A stretch of 49,541 bases of DNA from Tubiluchus corallicola (taxonomy: Eukaryota > Animalia > Priapulida), in NCBI GenBank assembly GCA_030141605.1, contig JAQGDQ010000478.1, forward strand, positions 122,363-171,903, read 5' to 3'. Each line of letters starts with the position of its first letter. Within the stretch, counting starts at the first letter, position 1. Below the pieces are notes generated by a model. It saw only the letters and a list, made by a program, of their open reading frames with translations. It was not told where the DNA came from and did no database searches. Shown here piece by piece: positions 39,246 to 49,541 of the stretch. A program made the position numbers and the translations under genes.

Positions 39246-39647
39246 TGTTGCTGTTTTGTTGTTGTTGTTGTTGTTATTGTTATTGTTGTTGTTTTTGTTG
39301 GCGGTGGTGGTGGTGATGATGGTGGCGGTGGCGGTGGGTTGTGGTGGTAGTGGCGGTGGGTGTTGGCGGCTTTAGCAGAGCAACGGTGGTAGAGGAATTT
39401 TCTTTGCTACCAACTTTACCATTGTCTTTTTTCAATCATGTTTTTTTTGCAATGGTTCATTAAGTTCACCATCACCTGTTTCTAATGATAACAGCCTGTT
39501 AACGGCCATTAAAACTCTTTGCTAATGAGCAGAAGCGACTAATAGTCATAGGGGCTTTGTCATTATCAATCATGACTGCTGTTAACATTAGCGTGCTGAG
39601 TAAAAATTTTATTAAATTTTTTACCTTTTTTTTCGTGAGCATACATA
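39246..39647. repeat. Dispersed repeat of about 400 bp with a (GTT)n/(GGT)n end, copy A
   Basis: Colinear and highly similar to 46722-47124. Confidence 0.9.
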
Positions 39648-40754
39648 ATTTTGAATGTTTTGTTTTTAAAATACTGTTGCTGCTATTACATGCATAGTAT
39701 GCAGCGTAATTACAGTTAATAAATTTCGCTTGGCTTTATTTATTTATTTTTTTTTTGAAATCTCAAACACACTTTAATGAAAATGTGAAAACACAGTTCT
39801 TAACACATCAAACGTTATTTATGCAACTGCTAATTTATGTAAGGCAAGGGGTATTTCTCAGTGGCATACAGGTGAATTACTGTGGAAGCAATACATTGTA
39901 ACTGTCATACACTGAAACCAAGCCCGTAGGGGCCAGACAGCCACAACATTCATTTCAGCCTGTCGTATGTGGTTCATGGATAAATACTTGCTTTCAACAA
40001 CAAAAATAATTTTATTAGAAAGTAACGACAAGGAAAAATGACTTTTGATGTGCTAGGTGGAGATACTGAACAAAGGGCTACTTTCATTTTGAATGCGTTA
40101 ACTTCCTAGGAAGCATTTCGTTGATCCCTCCAGATAGGGCATGATTATGATAATGTGCTATTAATGTGTGATAATATGATAAGCATGCTAGTTCGATTAG
40201 AGTAGCAGATGATTATGGGTACCAATTAGCTATCTGTCATCAACATAATTGAGATCTGGTTTGTCATCCTCACAACATTCATAATTTATTTCTTGTTTTA
40301 TTTATTTGATCTGTTGGAATGCAACACAGTTTTGGTTCAATTTATTCACGCATTTGGCAAGTTAAAACGACTTGTCATGCCTTCATGTCTTTTATTTACA
40401 ACTCAGTTAAACAATTTAACGATTTCTTCAAGTTTGAAAACAATGTATTACAAACAATCACAGGATGCTTTATATGTTATAATAACTATATTAGCTTTTC
40501 GTTTTCAAAACAATAATAGCATGTACCAGTTTTTTCCGTTTCTTATGTTCTTACTTTTTATTTATTTACTTTACTTGTTTGCTTACCTTAGTTATCTGTC
40601 AATTGTTTATCTAACTTCTTACCTAATTACCTACCTATCTACGTCTGCATACCTAACTACTTACTTACCTAGTTACTTTCTGTCTTATTCATTTAAATAT
40701 TTTTTTATTTACTTACTTTTTTGCTATCATAATCGATAATTTCTGCTATCAGCT

Positions 40755-40880
40755 TGCTAGTCGCGCCGGATACGGTCAAGTTGACAGGGTCGCAGGAATT
40801 CTTTTGTGACTGTACCAGCGTCAAAACTTTATAGTTCACCGACGGCTAACTTTACATCATTTCGTTGGATTGAAGCGTCG
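40755..40880 (+). promoter_or_regulatory. Probable PRPF38B promoter / non-coding first exon
   Basis: CpG-rich patch ending at possible donor G|gtgcgt (40881); the ATG exon has an acceptor ttttag|41427, so an upstream exon is expected. Confidence 0.45.
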
Positions 40881-41442
40881 GTGCGTTTGCGTTTTACGAA
40901 GAAATAGTTTTGTTTTAGTTTTTAGTTTAATTAAGTTCACTGTATGTAAAGTCATTTGTACTTTTTTCAAATCTAGATATACTTCTGTTTTTAGGTGTCG
41001 GTTTTCATTTTAACATACGAATTGAGTTGTTATGAAGCTGAGGGTACCCTGAATTCTATGCATTGGGGTTAACTTGGGCCTAAAGTAATGAGTCACTGTA
41101 AATTCACTATCTAATGTTTTTGCCAGTTAGCTGAGTATATAATAAACTGCGAGTCCTGTGACAGTAGCACACAAAATTATATAATATTAATATATTTTCA
41201 TGGTTATTGAGACCATACTGACCTTATTGATTGCAGCTGAGTCTTTATTTAAAATTAATATAAAATGTTTTTAGTACAAAATGTATTTTTTAACATAATA
41301 AAACTGAGTATAACATCGCAGTGATGTGTTATATCCATTCAACAGAAAATTCCTGAACACAGTCGCCTGTAGCTTTTGAGAGTCCAATGTATTATTATGA
41401 TAGAGTTTATATTTTTTAAATTTTAGCTGAAGAAAAATCACC

Positions 41443-41649
41443 ATGGATTACGAAGAAGAGGACAACAATGAAGGCTATTATACACAAACAACAAGAAAGA
41501 AAGGAAACAACCTTGCAGTATGGGGAAACACGAAGACGATGAATCTAAATCCTCTGATTCTCACTAACATTCAGTCATCAACTTATTTTAAAGTAAACCT
41601 TTATGATCTCAAGACTTACCACGAGGTGATCGACGAAATTTATTACAAG
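41443..41649 (+). CDS. PRPF38B: PRPF38B coding exon 1
   Basis: Kozak ACCATGG; ...LKTYHEVIDEIYYK|gtattt. Confidence 0.94.
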
Positions 41650-44600
41650 GTATTTTAGAAACATTTAAATTGTATCAATTCTTTCAATTTTTTAGTGTAA
41701 AGGTATTTAATCCTGAATTTTTGAATGAAGACATGATCTTTTGCGATGCCAGGATATGCAGTATGGTACACCCTAACGATTTGTAACGAGGTATAAAAGC
41801 AATGAGTAAAATTAGAGAAATTTTTCATCTTCAATTTTTTTGTCTCTGATGTCCTTCCTGTTAAGACAGAATTTTTTGTTTTAGTAATTATTGTTTTTTT
41901 TTGTTATCAATACATTGACAATATTCATGAGCACTTGTAACATTTTACCAGTTTGTTATTTTTTTATTTGACATATGTTCAAAATTTTATTCAAACTTCC
42001 AGACTGCTAAAGTTCAGGCATAAAAACAAGTTGAATTGTTAACAATCAACTTAATTAATGAAAAACTGCATTTACACCCAAAGGCGGAAACTTCCAAAGT
42101 TTAAATTATAGAACTAGTAGCAAGGAAATTGACTATTGCATTTCTTAGCAAGCAGTTAAATAATAACCATACAAAGGTTCTTCGTTGGACAAGTTCATGT
42201 GTACAGACGTATAAGTTTATTACAAAGCATAACTCTTCAATGTAGACCTAGTCTTACTAGAAACATGTTTTTCTTTCCAAATTGTATGGCATTTTTGAGT
42301 TATTAAAGGAAGGGGCAACACTTCTGGGAAGTTAGATTTATTTCTTTCTTTGATAAGGATTTAGTAGCAAAAGTGTGATAAGCACCTCGTGCAACTAGTA
42401 AATCACGTTAAATTCCCTTAGTTTCATTTCACTCTTGGGTGCTTCCAAGTTGAACATCTAAACTTCCACCAATGACATCATTCATAGGGCTCGTACTCGT
42501 CCTATAATTCCTATATTTTGGGATTATGTCCTATAATTCCTATAAAATTTGATAAAACTATAAAAATGTTTTATAATTCCTATAAAATCATGAATTCTCA
42601 ATGAAATGAGAATGTTATTGGTATTTAAAGTGTGACTTCGTCACGCATAACCACAATTAGATATTAAAAGTACGTATCTTCATGATTTGAGCATTTTAGT
42701 GAAAGTAAATAACAGTTGTCTGTCGCGAAGTGTGTATGTTTTTACAGAGTTGGTATTCTCATTGCGTGGTTACAGGTAGGAAAAATCATTCACTTTTGTA
42801 AAGAAATTGTGAAAGTCACTTTAGTGTAAAATGTCCTATAATTCCTATATATTTTTTTCAAAAAATGTCCTATATTTTTGAAAATCAGAGTACGAGGCCT
42901 GCATTCATAAGCTGAAGAAAAGCAGCTCAGTGTTAAATTCTGTGAAAAATATAATAACTTTTTACAAAAATTAGATTTTGTGATATTTTTGCATGAAAAG
43001 TAGATAAACTGCAGAAGTTTAAATAAATATAAGCAATGTGTGCTTACGGGAAAGCCACAATGCACTTACAAAGTCCACTAATTATGCCATGATTTTCAAA
43101 GTGAATGGCTGGTCCACCACACCTGTAGTATAAATTAACTTTTTTTACAAATTTCTTTGCTATACATTTCTAAGTTTATGTGATAACAGTAAACTAAATC
43201 TAGCATACTGAGTGACTTGTCCTTTGCTTTAGCCGAATTGTAAACATAAAACTACTTTATGTTTCTTGTTCACTAACTTCACTTATGTTAATCTTTATGT
43301 CTTGTGCAATCATCTCAAACAACAAATAGAGATTTTGCTTGAATTGCAATTTTGATTTTCATTGGCAGGTTAATCATCTTGAACCATGGGAAAAGGGAAG
43401 TCGAAAGACAGCTGGACAGACAGGAATGTGTGGTGGTGTAAGTATCTTAGCAAGTGAAAGTTTTATAGTTTTCTTACCAAATCTTATTCACTTGTGAAAT
43501 GTATCAAAAGTTGGATGTTCGTAGCAGTAAGCTATCGATTATCAATATTCTCGTTTGTTTTGTAGGTACGAGGCGTCGGTACTGGCGGGATAGTGTCTAC
43601 AGCATACTGTATATTGTACAAACTTTTTACTTTGAAACTGACGCGAAAGCAATTGAATGGACTAATACAACACACAGATTCCCCATACATAAGAGGTCTG
43701 GGTTTTATGTACATCAGGTATGCGCTGCAAACTTATTTGCTAATTTTGGTGTAAATGTTTGAATGCTTGTCTATCTGTATAACGAATTTACTAGGTTTTA
43801 GGCCCTTTATTTCAATTAAGCTAATTACTGAGTCCTTATTCAAACAGCTGCGTATTCAAACAATGGTTGCTTTTTATTTTTAACCTGTTTATTTCTCCTG
43901 TTAATCCGGATACATTTATGGATGGCATATTGCCATGCGCATTAAATTATTCTGGCACTATATCATTTACTTGTATGCCGTGCTAAAGTTGCGTGGGATC
44001 ACAATGAAACTACTGACCGCTTGTATATTTCACCTGTTGATGATTGTTGATTTCTTCCTGTGCCATTTTTATCTAATTTCCATGTGTGGGATTTCTTCCT
44101 GTGCCATTTTTACCTAATTTCCATTTCTGTGATTTTTTCCTGTGCCATTTTTATCTAATTTCCATGTCTGTGATTTTTTCCTGTGCCATTTTTATCTAAT
44201 TTCCACGTGTGGGATTTTTTCCTGTGCCATTTTTATCTAATTTCCACGTGTGGGATTTTTTCCTGTGCTATTTTTATCTAATTTCCACGTGTGGGATTTC
44301 TTCCTGTGTCATTTTTACCTAATTTGCATGTGTGGGAAATTTCCACGTGTGGGATTTCTTCCTGTGCCATTTTTATCTAATTTCCACGTGTGGGATTTCT
44401 TCCTGTGCCATTTATTCTGTGCAGCGACATGTTTTTTTTGCTTGTTAATCTTGATTGCGGAGTGAATAGGCTTTGCAGTAAACTTTTACACGTGAGCTGA
44501 AATTGACCCAGATCTTTCAGTGCGTCGATCACTAGAATGAGTAAATACGATGTCTCTATTTAAACTTATTTTGCATTTTGGTTTACAAATGCTCAAAATG

Positions 44601-47600
44601 TTGCTAAATTTTCTTTTACGATATAAATCGACATGGTGTTTCAGGTACGCATTACCTCCATCAGATTTGTGGGAGTGGTTTGAACCATACCTTGATGATG
44701 AAGAAGTAAGTTTTGCAAGTGAATGCACACAATTACTTTGGCCAGTGCGGCTCATGTATAGGCACTATGGAACTGCAGCGCCTCCTATTTTCGCTCAATA
44801 TCATCGACAGCTTTCAAAATGATGAGTCTTTTTCTTTATTTCTTTCCTTGTACTTGTACATACTTATAAATCCTTGTGCGGAATCAGAGCACGTGACAGA
44901 CCTGTGCACTTCACTGTTGCCATGACACAGTGTTTGGCTGTTGTGCACATGGTAGCTTATTAGTTATTTAGTTTCCCATTACCATTGACAGCTGGCACTG
45001 ACCGATTGTAACCTGCTTTAGCCATGCGAGTTGGTATCTCAAATGGCTAGAGCGTATGCCCTGATGTAACAAGATCCGAGTTCGAATCCTGGTTGACTGA
45101 CGACTTTTTTTCAGAATCTTCATCCTAAATTTAACTGTTGATTTCAAATGCATTTCTATCTACAGTTAAAAAATGTTAAATGACCTTGCAGTGCACATTG
45201 ATAAAGAGTCTTGCTTAATAACATCCTATCAAGACATTCTTACCTGTGGCCAAATGAACCTTAATGTGGTCGTGTTTGAAAATATTAATGTAAGCTGGCC
45301 AAAATGAAGCCTAGCTTCGATGCTAATGCCTAACCATTCAAGTTAATGCGTGCTCTTGCACTTCACTCACGAATAACACAAATCTAGCAATCGAAATGAT
45401 AAATCTTTGCAAGTATTTCTCGTACCTTTGTATCAACTCTTCTAGTATCAGCTTTCTGTCATACCTTAAACTAGGGTAAAATGTCTGGCAAGTGCACAAG
45501 TACTGCAATACTTAAGTTACAGATTTATGTTCCCTGTTCTGGTAAGCATGCAGCATCATTAAAGAGTAGATGCCAGGTGGCTTACTGGTTTTAAGAGTCG
45601 AATTTTGGTTTGTTAAAATAATTTTCTTGTGGCTTTGTTGGAATTCACTTCTGTTGATATCATTATTTGTGCAAAATTAGCTCGTCCAGTCATGAAATGA
45701 TTACGTCCAGGCGTGAAGTGATCACATCCAGTCACAAAATGATCACGTCCAGGCACAAAATGATCACGTCCAGGCGCGAAATGATCACATCCAGGTGCGA
45801 AATGATCACATCCAGGCGTGAAATGATCGCGTCCAGGCACGAAATGATCACATCCAGGCGTGAAATGATCACGTCCAGGCGCGAAATGATCATGCCCAGA
45901 CATGAAATGATCACGTCCAGGCACGAAATGATCACATCCAGGCATGAACTGATTACGTCCAGGCGTGAAATGATCACATCCAGGCACAAAATGATCACAT
46001 CCAGGCGCAAAATGATCACATCCAGGCGCAAAATGATCACGTCCAGGCACGAAATGATCACGTCCAGGTATGAATTGATCACGTCCAGGCGCGAAATGAT
46101 CATGCCCAGACATGAAATGATCACGTCCAGGCAAAATGATCACAACTTTAAAGTGATTGTGCTAACTACACCATGTGCTTGTTGCAATTTTACTGCTGAA
46201 ACTTTCGAACATGTTTCCAGAAAACTGAAAGAAGCACATTATTCCCTGGTCATTTTATTTAAGGAATACTCCCTAATTGTCAGTTTACAATCAGAACGAT
46301 GGCTATAATACAATTGTGCTTTGAAAATGATTCTAGGAACTTGATGTAAAAGCCGGAGGCGGATGCGTTCAAACAATTGGAGACATGCTAAGACAATGGC
46401 TGGTTAAATTAGACTGGTTTTCCACGTTATTTCCACGCGTTCCCGTTCCAATCCAGAAGGAGGTACGTGTGCATAGGTAAAAGAACTTACCCTATTTTTT
46501 CAGGCTTCCTCGTAGGGTGGCTGTTGTATGCTGTTAATATTCAATGGCTTCTTATATATTGGTTTTGCATTTGATAATTTAGATAGAACAGAAATTGAGG
46601 GAACGCGCAAACCGACTCAGAGGTGGTAATGCACATAACGAAAGAAACCACACCTGGGAAGAACCAGACAGAAGACAGCACAGGTAAATGTTTCTTGTGT
46701 AAAAATGGGGAAATAGTAGTATTTGTTGTTGTTGTTATTGTTGTTGTTGTTGTTATTTTTGTTGTTGTTGTTGTTGTTATTGTTGTTGTTATTGTTGTTG
46801 TTGGTGGCGGTGGCGGTGGGTTTTGGTGGTAGTGGCGGTAGCAGAGCAGCGGTGTTAGTGGAATTTTCTTTGCTACCAAATTTACCATTGTCTTTTTTCA
46901 GTCATGTTTTTTTGCAATGGTTCATTAAGTTCACCATCACCCATTCCTAATGACAACAGCCTGTTAACGACCGTTAAAAACTCTTTGCTAATGACCAGAA
47001 GCGACTAATAGTCATAGAGGCTTTGTCATTATCAATCATGACTGCTGTTAGCATGTTAGCATTGGCGTGCTGAGTAAAAATTATTATTAAATTTTTTACC
47101 TAATTTTTTTCGTGAGCATACATATGTTGTTGGCTTATAAACAAACAAGAACTGACTTCGTGAGTTCAACTATTTCAAGAAGTTTGCACATGTCAAAGAT
47201 TTCTTTCCTCTACAACAAAGCCATACTCATTTCCAGTTTGCAATAGCTACTTGATTGTAAAGACAAAATCGTAATGCCATGTGATATTAGTGCAGCAAAA
47301 CGATTGTAAAGACAAAATCGTAATGCCGTGTGATATTAGTGCAGCAAAACGATTGTAAAGAAGTGAAGAAATAGTGCAGCAAAAACGATTGTAAAGAAGT
47401 GAAGAAATAGTGCAGCAAAACGATTGTAAAGACAAAATCATAATGCCATGTGATATTAGTGCAGCAAAATGATTGTAAAGACAAAATCGTAATGCCATGT
47501 GATATTAGTGCAGCAAAATGATTGTAAAGACAAAATCGTAATGCCATGTGATATTAGTGCAGCAAAACGATTGTAAAGAAGTGAAGAGATAATGTACACT

Positions 47601-48609
47601 TCAAGAGTACACTCATATCTCACTTTCCTGGACCACACTTTCCCGGATATCAGAAGAATCGGACAAAACCTGGACCGTTAAAAGTTCCGCATACTACGGG
47701 TACAAGTCTATTGTTTCGCGAACTGACTGCTATTTGGCGGGCCGTCACTTTGTTTGCATCATTACATCAGTGTAAAGAACTTTATATGTAAAAATTTAGA
47801 CTCATTTATGCGTAGTCATTTGCCGATAGCTTTTATATACTTTTGCATAGGAGCGACTTGTACTAGACGTTTCAGAGAAAGTTAGACGATTTATTCTAAA
47901 TTACCGTGAGTGTAATACGTGGTGCCTACTGTATTACTGTATTAGATTAGTATCGGTAAATACTGACAATTGGCAATTTCGGATTGACATCTTCCCGCTT
48001 TTGTCCGGTAAACCGAGATATGAGTGCGTTACACAATGAGTGGACACTTCTCCTTGCCACAACAGGTACAATCTAGTTTTTTCCTAATTTTACACTTGCA
48101 TTTCAGATTGGCTGATAGAAGTCATGATGAAGAAAGAAAAGACCACAGGTCAAACAGTGACCATCGGTCAGGACAACGGGGTCGACGAAGAAGTGGAAGT
48201 AGAGAGCGACACAGAGACAGAAGCCGCGATAAACACAGGTCAGTGATGAAAGTAAGCCTTACTGTATCTTTTTAAAAATATTCCCAAATATTCATTTATT
48301 TTGGATCATGGTCAGAAGTCAAACTTCTGCTTCCAGGCACCGAGAAAGAAGTGGCAGTCGGGAAAAACGCCGGCGATCTCCGGAACAAAGTAGAGAACGG
48401 ATTCGGAGTCGAGCCACTCCGGAGAAACGAAAACCAGTTGTAGACGTGGCGGAAGAAATCGCTCGCGAGCGGGAGCGACAAGAGCGCGAGAAACGGAGCG
48501 AGAAGAGACCCAGCGAAAAGCGACGCAGCCGAAGTAGAAGCGAAAAGCGACGCAGCCGAAGTAAAAGTCGTGAGCATAAAAGGCGTAGTCGAAGTCGAGA
48601 GAAACACAG
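41443..48609 (+). CDS. PRPF38B: Pre-mRNA splicing factor 38B (PRP38 domain plus RS/RE-rich tail), 3'-incomplete
   Basis: join(41443..41649,43369..43437,43566..43717,44645..44705,46337..46462,46583..46683,48107..48238,48337..48609), GT-AG and phase-consistent. Motifs WGNTKTMNLNPLILTNIQSS, HLEPWEKGSRKTAGQTGMCGGVRGVG, DSPYIRGLGFMYIRY, DWFSTLFPRVPV. No stop found before the window end. Confidence 0.95.
42307..43228. mobile_element. Kolobok-like element, copy 2, interrupted by a hAT-like MITE
   Basis: TTAA|AGGAAGGGGCAAC ... CTTGTCCTTTGCT|TTAG; colinear with 28429-28823. Confidence 0.65.
42485..42901. mobile_element. hAT-like MITE (about 415 bp) with TCCTATA subterminal repeats
   Basis: TIR TAGGGCTCGTACTC vs CAGGCCTCGTACTC; CATTCATA present on both sides (exact boundary ambiguous by 1-2 nt). 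Confidence 0.8.
43369..43437 (+). CDS. PRPF38B: PRPF38B coding exon 2
   Basis: VNHLEPWEKGSRKTAGQTGMCGG|gtaagt. Confidence 0.95.
43566..43717 (+). CDS. PRPF38B: PRPF38B coding exon 3
   Basis: VRGVGTGGIVSTAYCILYKLFTLKLTRKQ...GFMYIR. Confidence 0.95.
44048..44412 (+). repeat. 41-bp tandem repeat, about 9 copies
   Basis: CCTGTGCC at 44180 and 44221; unit CCTGTGCCATTTTTATCTAATTTCCACGTGTGGGATTTTTT. Confidence 0.95.
44645..44705 (+). CDS. PRPF38B: PRPF38B coding exon 4
   Basis: YALPPSDLWEWFEPYLDDEE|gtaagt. Confidence 0.95.
45030..45111 (+). mobile_element. tRNA-derived pseudogene or SINE head with a Pol III-type terminator
   Basis: A-box-like TATCTCAAATGG, TAGAGC, B-box GAGTTCGAATCC, T7 run at 45105-45111; stems do not close as a functional tRNA. 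Confidence 0.55.
45682..46143. repeat. 21-bp minisatellite AAATGATCACRTCCAGGCRYR, about 22 copies, in a PRPF38B intron
   Basis: Direct periodicity; 7-aa repeating ORFs on both strands. Confidence 0.96.
46337..46462 (+). CDS. PRPF38B: PRPF38B coding exon 5
   Basis: ELDVKAGGGCVQTIGDMLRQWLVKLDWFSTLFPRVPVPIQKE|gtacgt. Confidence 0.95.
46583..46683 (+). CDS. PRPF38B: PRPF38B coding exon 6
   Basis: IEQKLRERANRLRGG...DRRQH; AG|gtaaat. Confidence 0.82.
46722..47124. repeat. Dispersed repeat of about 400 bp with a (GTT)n/(GGT)n end, copy B
   Basis: Colinear with 39246-39647. Confidence 0.9.
47253..47587. repeat. 49-bp tandem repeat with 35/36-bp variant units
   Basis: GATTGTAAAG at 47253 and 47302; short unit GATTGTAAAGAAGTGAAGAAATAGTGCAGCAAAAC. 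Confidence 0.93.
47610..48026. mobile_element. pogo/Tigger-like MITE, 417 bp
   Basis: TIR CACTCATATCTCACTTTCCTGGAC vs CACTCATATCTCGGTTTACCGGAC (20/24); TA on the left side only. Confidence 0.7.
48107..48238 (+). CDS. PRPF38B: PRPF38B coding exon 7 (RS/RD-rich)
   Basis: tttcag|...RRRSGSRERHRDRSRDKH; AG|gtcagt. Confidence 0.85.
48337..48609 (+). CDS. PRPF38B: PRPF38B coding exon 8 (RS/RE-rich)
   Basis: ttccag|...VAEEIARERERQ...RSRSREKH; AG|gtaaga. Confidence 0.88.
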
Positions 48610-49479
48610 GTAAGATAAGATCAAGTATTTTTATAGTGTGAAATCTATTGACTCTTTGTTAGACTGCACTATATTATTGTAACCACTAAGAATGTTACAT
48701 TGAATTATTTAACAGAAAGCTGCAGATTAGTCCAAATATCTGGGAAAAGAGTAAAAAAACAGTTGCAGAGTTTTTTATGTTATAGCAACATACCTAAACC
48801 ACTTTTACAGAGACCGGATCAGGATCTCAGCGGATGAATCTGGGTCAAATCCTCATGTCACCTGTCGGATCTGGATATTACATTTAATTTAGTAAATCCG
48901 GATTTTGTACAGGTTTTACTTTAATTTTTCTAATTCTTGAACTTTCGTGTAATTCTTGAACTTTGCTTTTACGTGCATACTTTATTTTTTCTGCAGTTTC
49001 TTTCACTGTGCACACGTCATTACTCAGCCTAGAAAAGCATTCCTGAAGTTTTGAACAATATACTTATAAAAGGTGTATTTAGACGTGCTAGAAGTTTTAA
49101 CATACATTGAAAGTTTAACTTCTATCAACTCAAATTATGTAGACACAAAATTAGAAAGTTTTTTTTACTGAAGTTGAGATAGTACGTAACTAAGATGTTT
49201 TCTTAAATTACTGGACAGTAAACATAAATTTTTATTAAACAGTATTAATACAAACGTAATGAGTAAGGGTAATTAATGTCAATAATAATACTAAGAAGCC
49301 CTTTTCCAAATGGGTGGTTTCGCGTCTTTAACAAAACACAATATGGAAGTGCAAGGTTTGCTGCAAGTATCTCCGTCATTGTCATGTCGATGACTGCTTG
49401 GTTTGTTGTTATATGTGTTCAGCGTTCATGTAAACCTTATCATCAGTAACCGCTTTAGTAATTAATCCTTAACAGCATC

Positions 49480-49541
49480 CAGGAAAAAATCCCGCACATG
49501 GAAATAAGATAAAAATGGCACAGGAAAAAATCCCGCACATG
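49480..49541 (-). repeat. Start of an inverted array of the 41-bp repeat found at 44048-44412
   Basis: CAGGAAAAAATCCCGCACATGGAAATAAGATAAAAATGGCA is the reverse complement of that unit with about 3 mismatches; truncated by the window end. Confidence 0.92.

Noticed and set aside
40293-40739. 148-aa hydrophobic ORF
   Set aside because: Low-complexity TTAC/TACC-rich sequence with a TTG start and no motif.
45030-45097. Functional tRNA gene
   Set aside because: A/B boxes are present but acceptor and anticodon stems do not pair; treated as a tRNA-derived repeat.
45613-46308. 213/176/130-aa heptad-repeat ORFs on both strands
   Set aside because: 21-bp intronic minisatellite; the conserved PRP38 domain is continuous (LDDEE|ELDVK) without it.

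Overview
AT-rich, intron-rich genomic DNA from an animal, probably a bilaterian invertebrate (organism not determinable). It is not prokaryotic: no CRISPR array, operon or rRNA was seen. Three spliced nuclear genes can be rebuilt by hand from GT-AG junctions. (1) The last two coding exons of an ELL-associated factor gene (EAF, + strand, ending ...DLQLSESGSDSD*). (2) A complete 12-exon TENT4/PAPD5-7 (Trf4-like) non-canonical poly(A) polymerase on the - strand (ATG 36955, stop 10807, 627 aa). (3) The first eight coding exons of splicing factor PRPF38B on the + strand (ATG 41443), running off the window end. Introns and intergenic DNA hold at least nine tandem-repeat arrays, many non-autonomous DNA transposons (hAT-, pogo/Tigger- and Kolobok-like, some nested), a 962-bp PIF/Harbinger deletion derivative inserted in a satellite, LINE remnants and tRNA-like heads. 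Most long ORFs in the track are repeat artefacts. I found no convincing wholly new system. The best leads are an inverted satellite pair around a frame-closed PRPF38B exon block, the Harbinger derivative, convergent CTCF-like motifs around TENT4, a duplicated exon1/intron1 junction and candidate alternative TENT4 isoforms.
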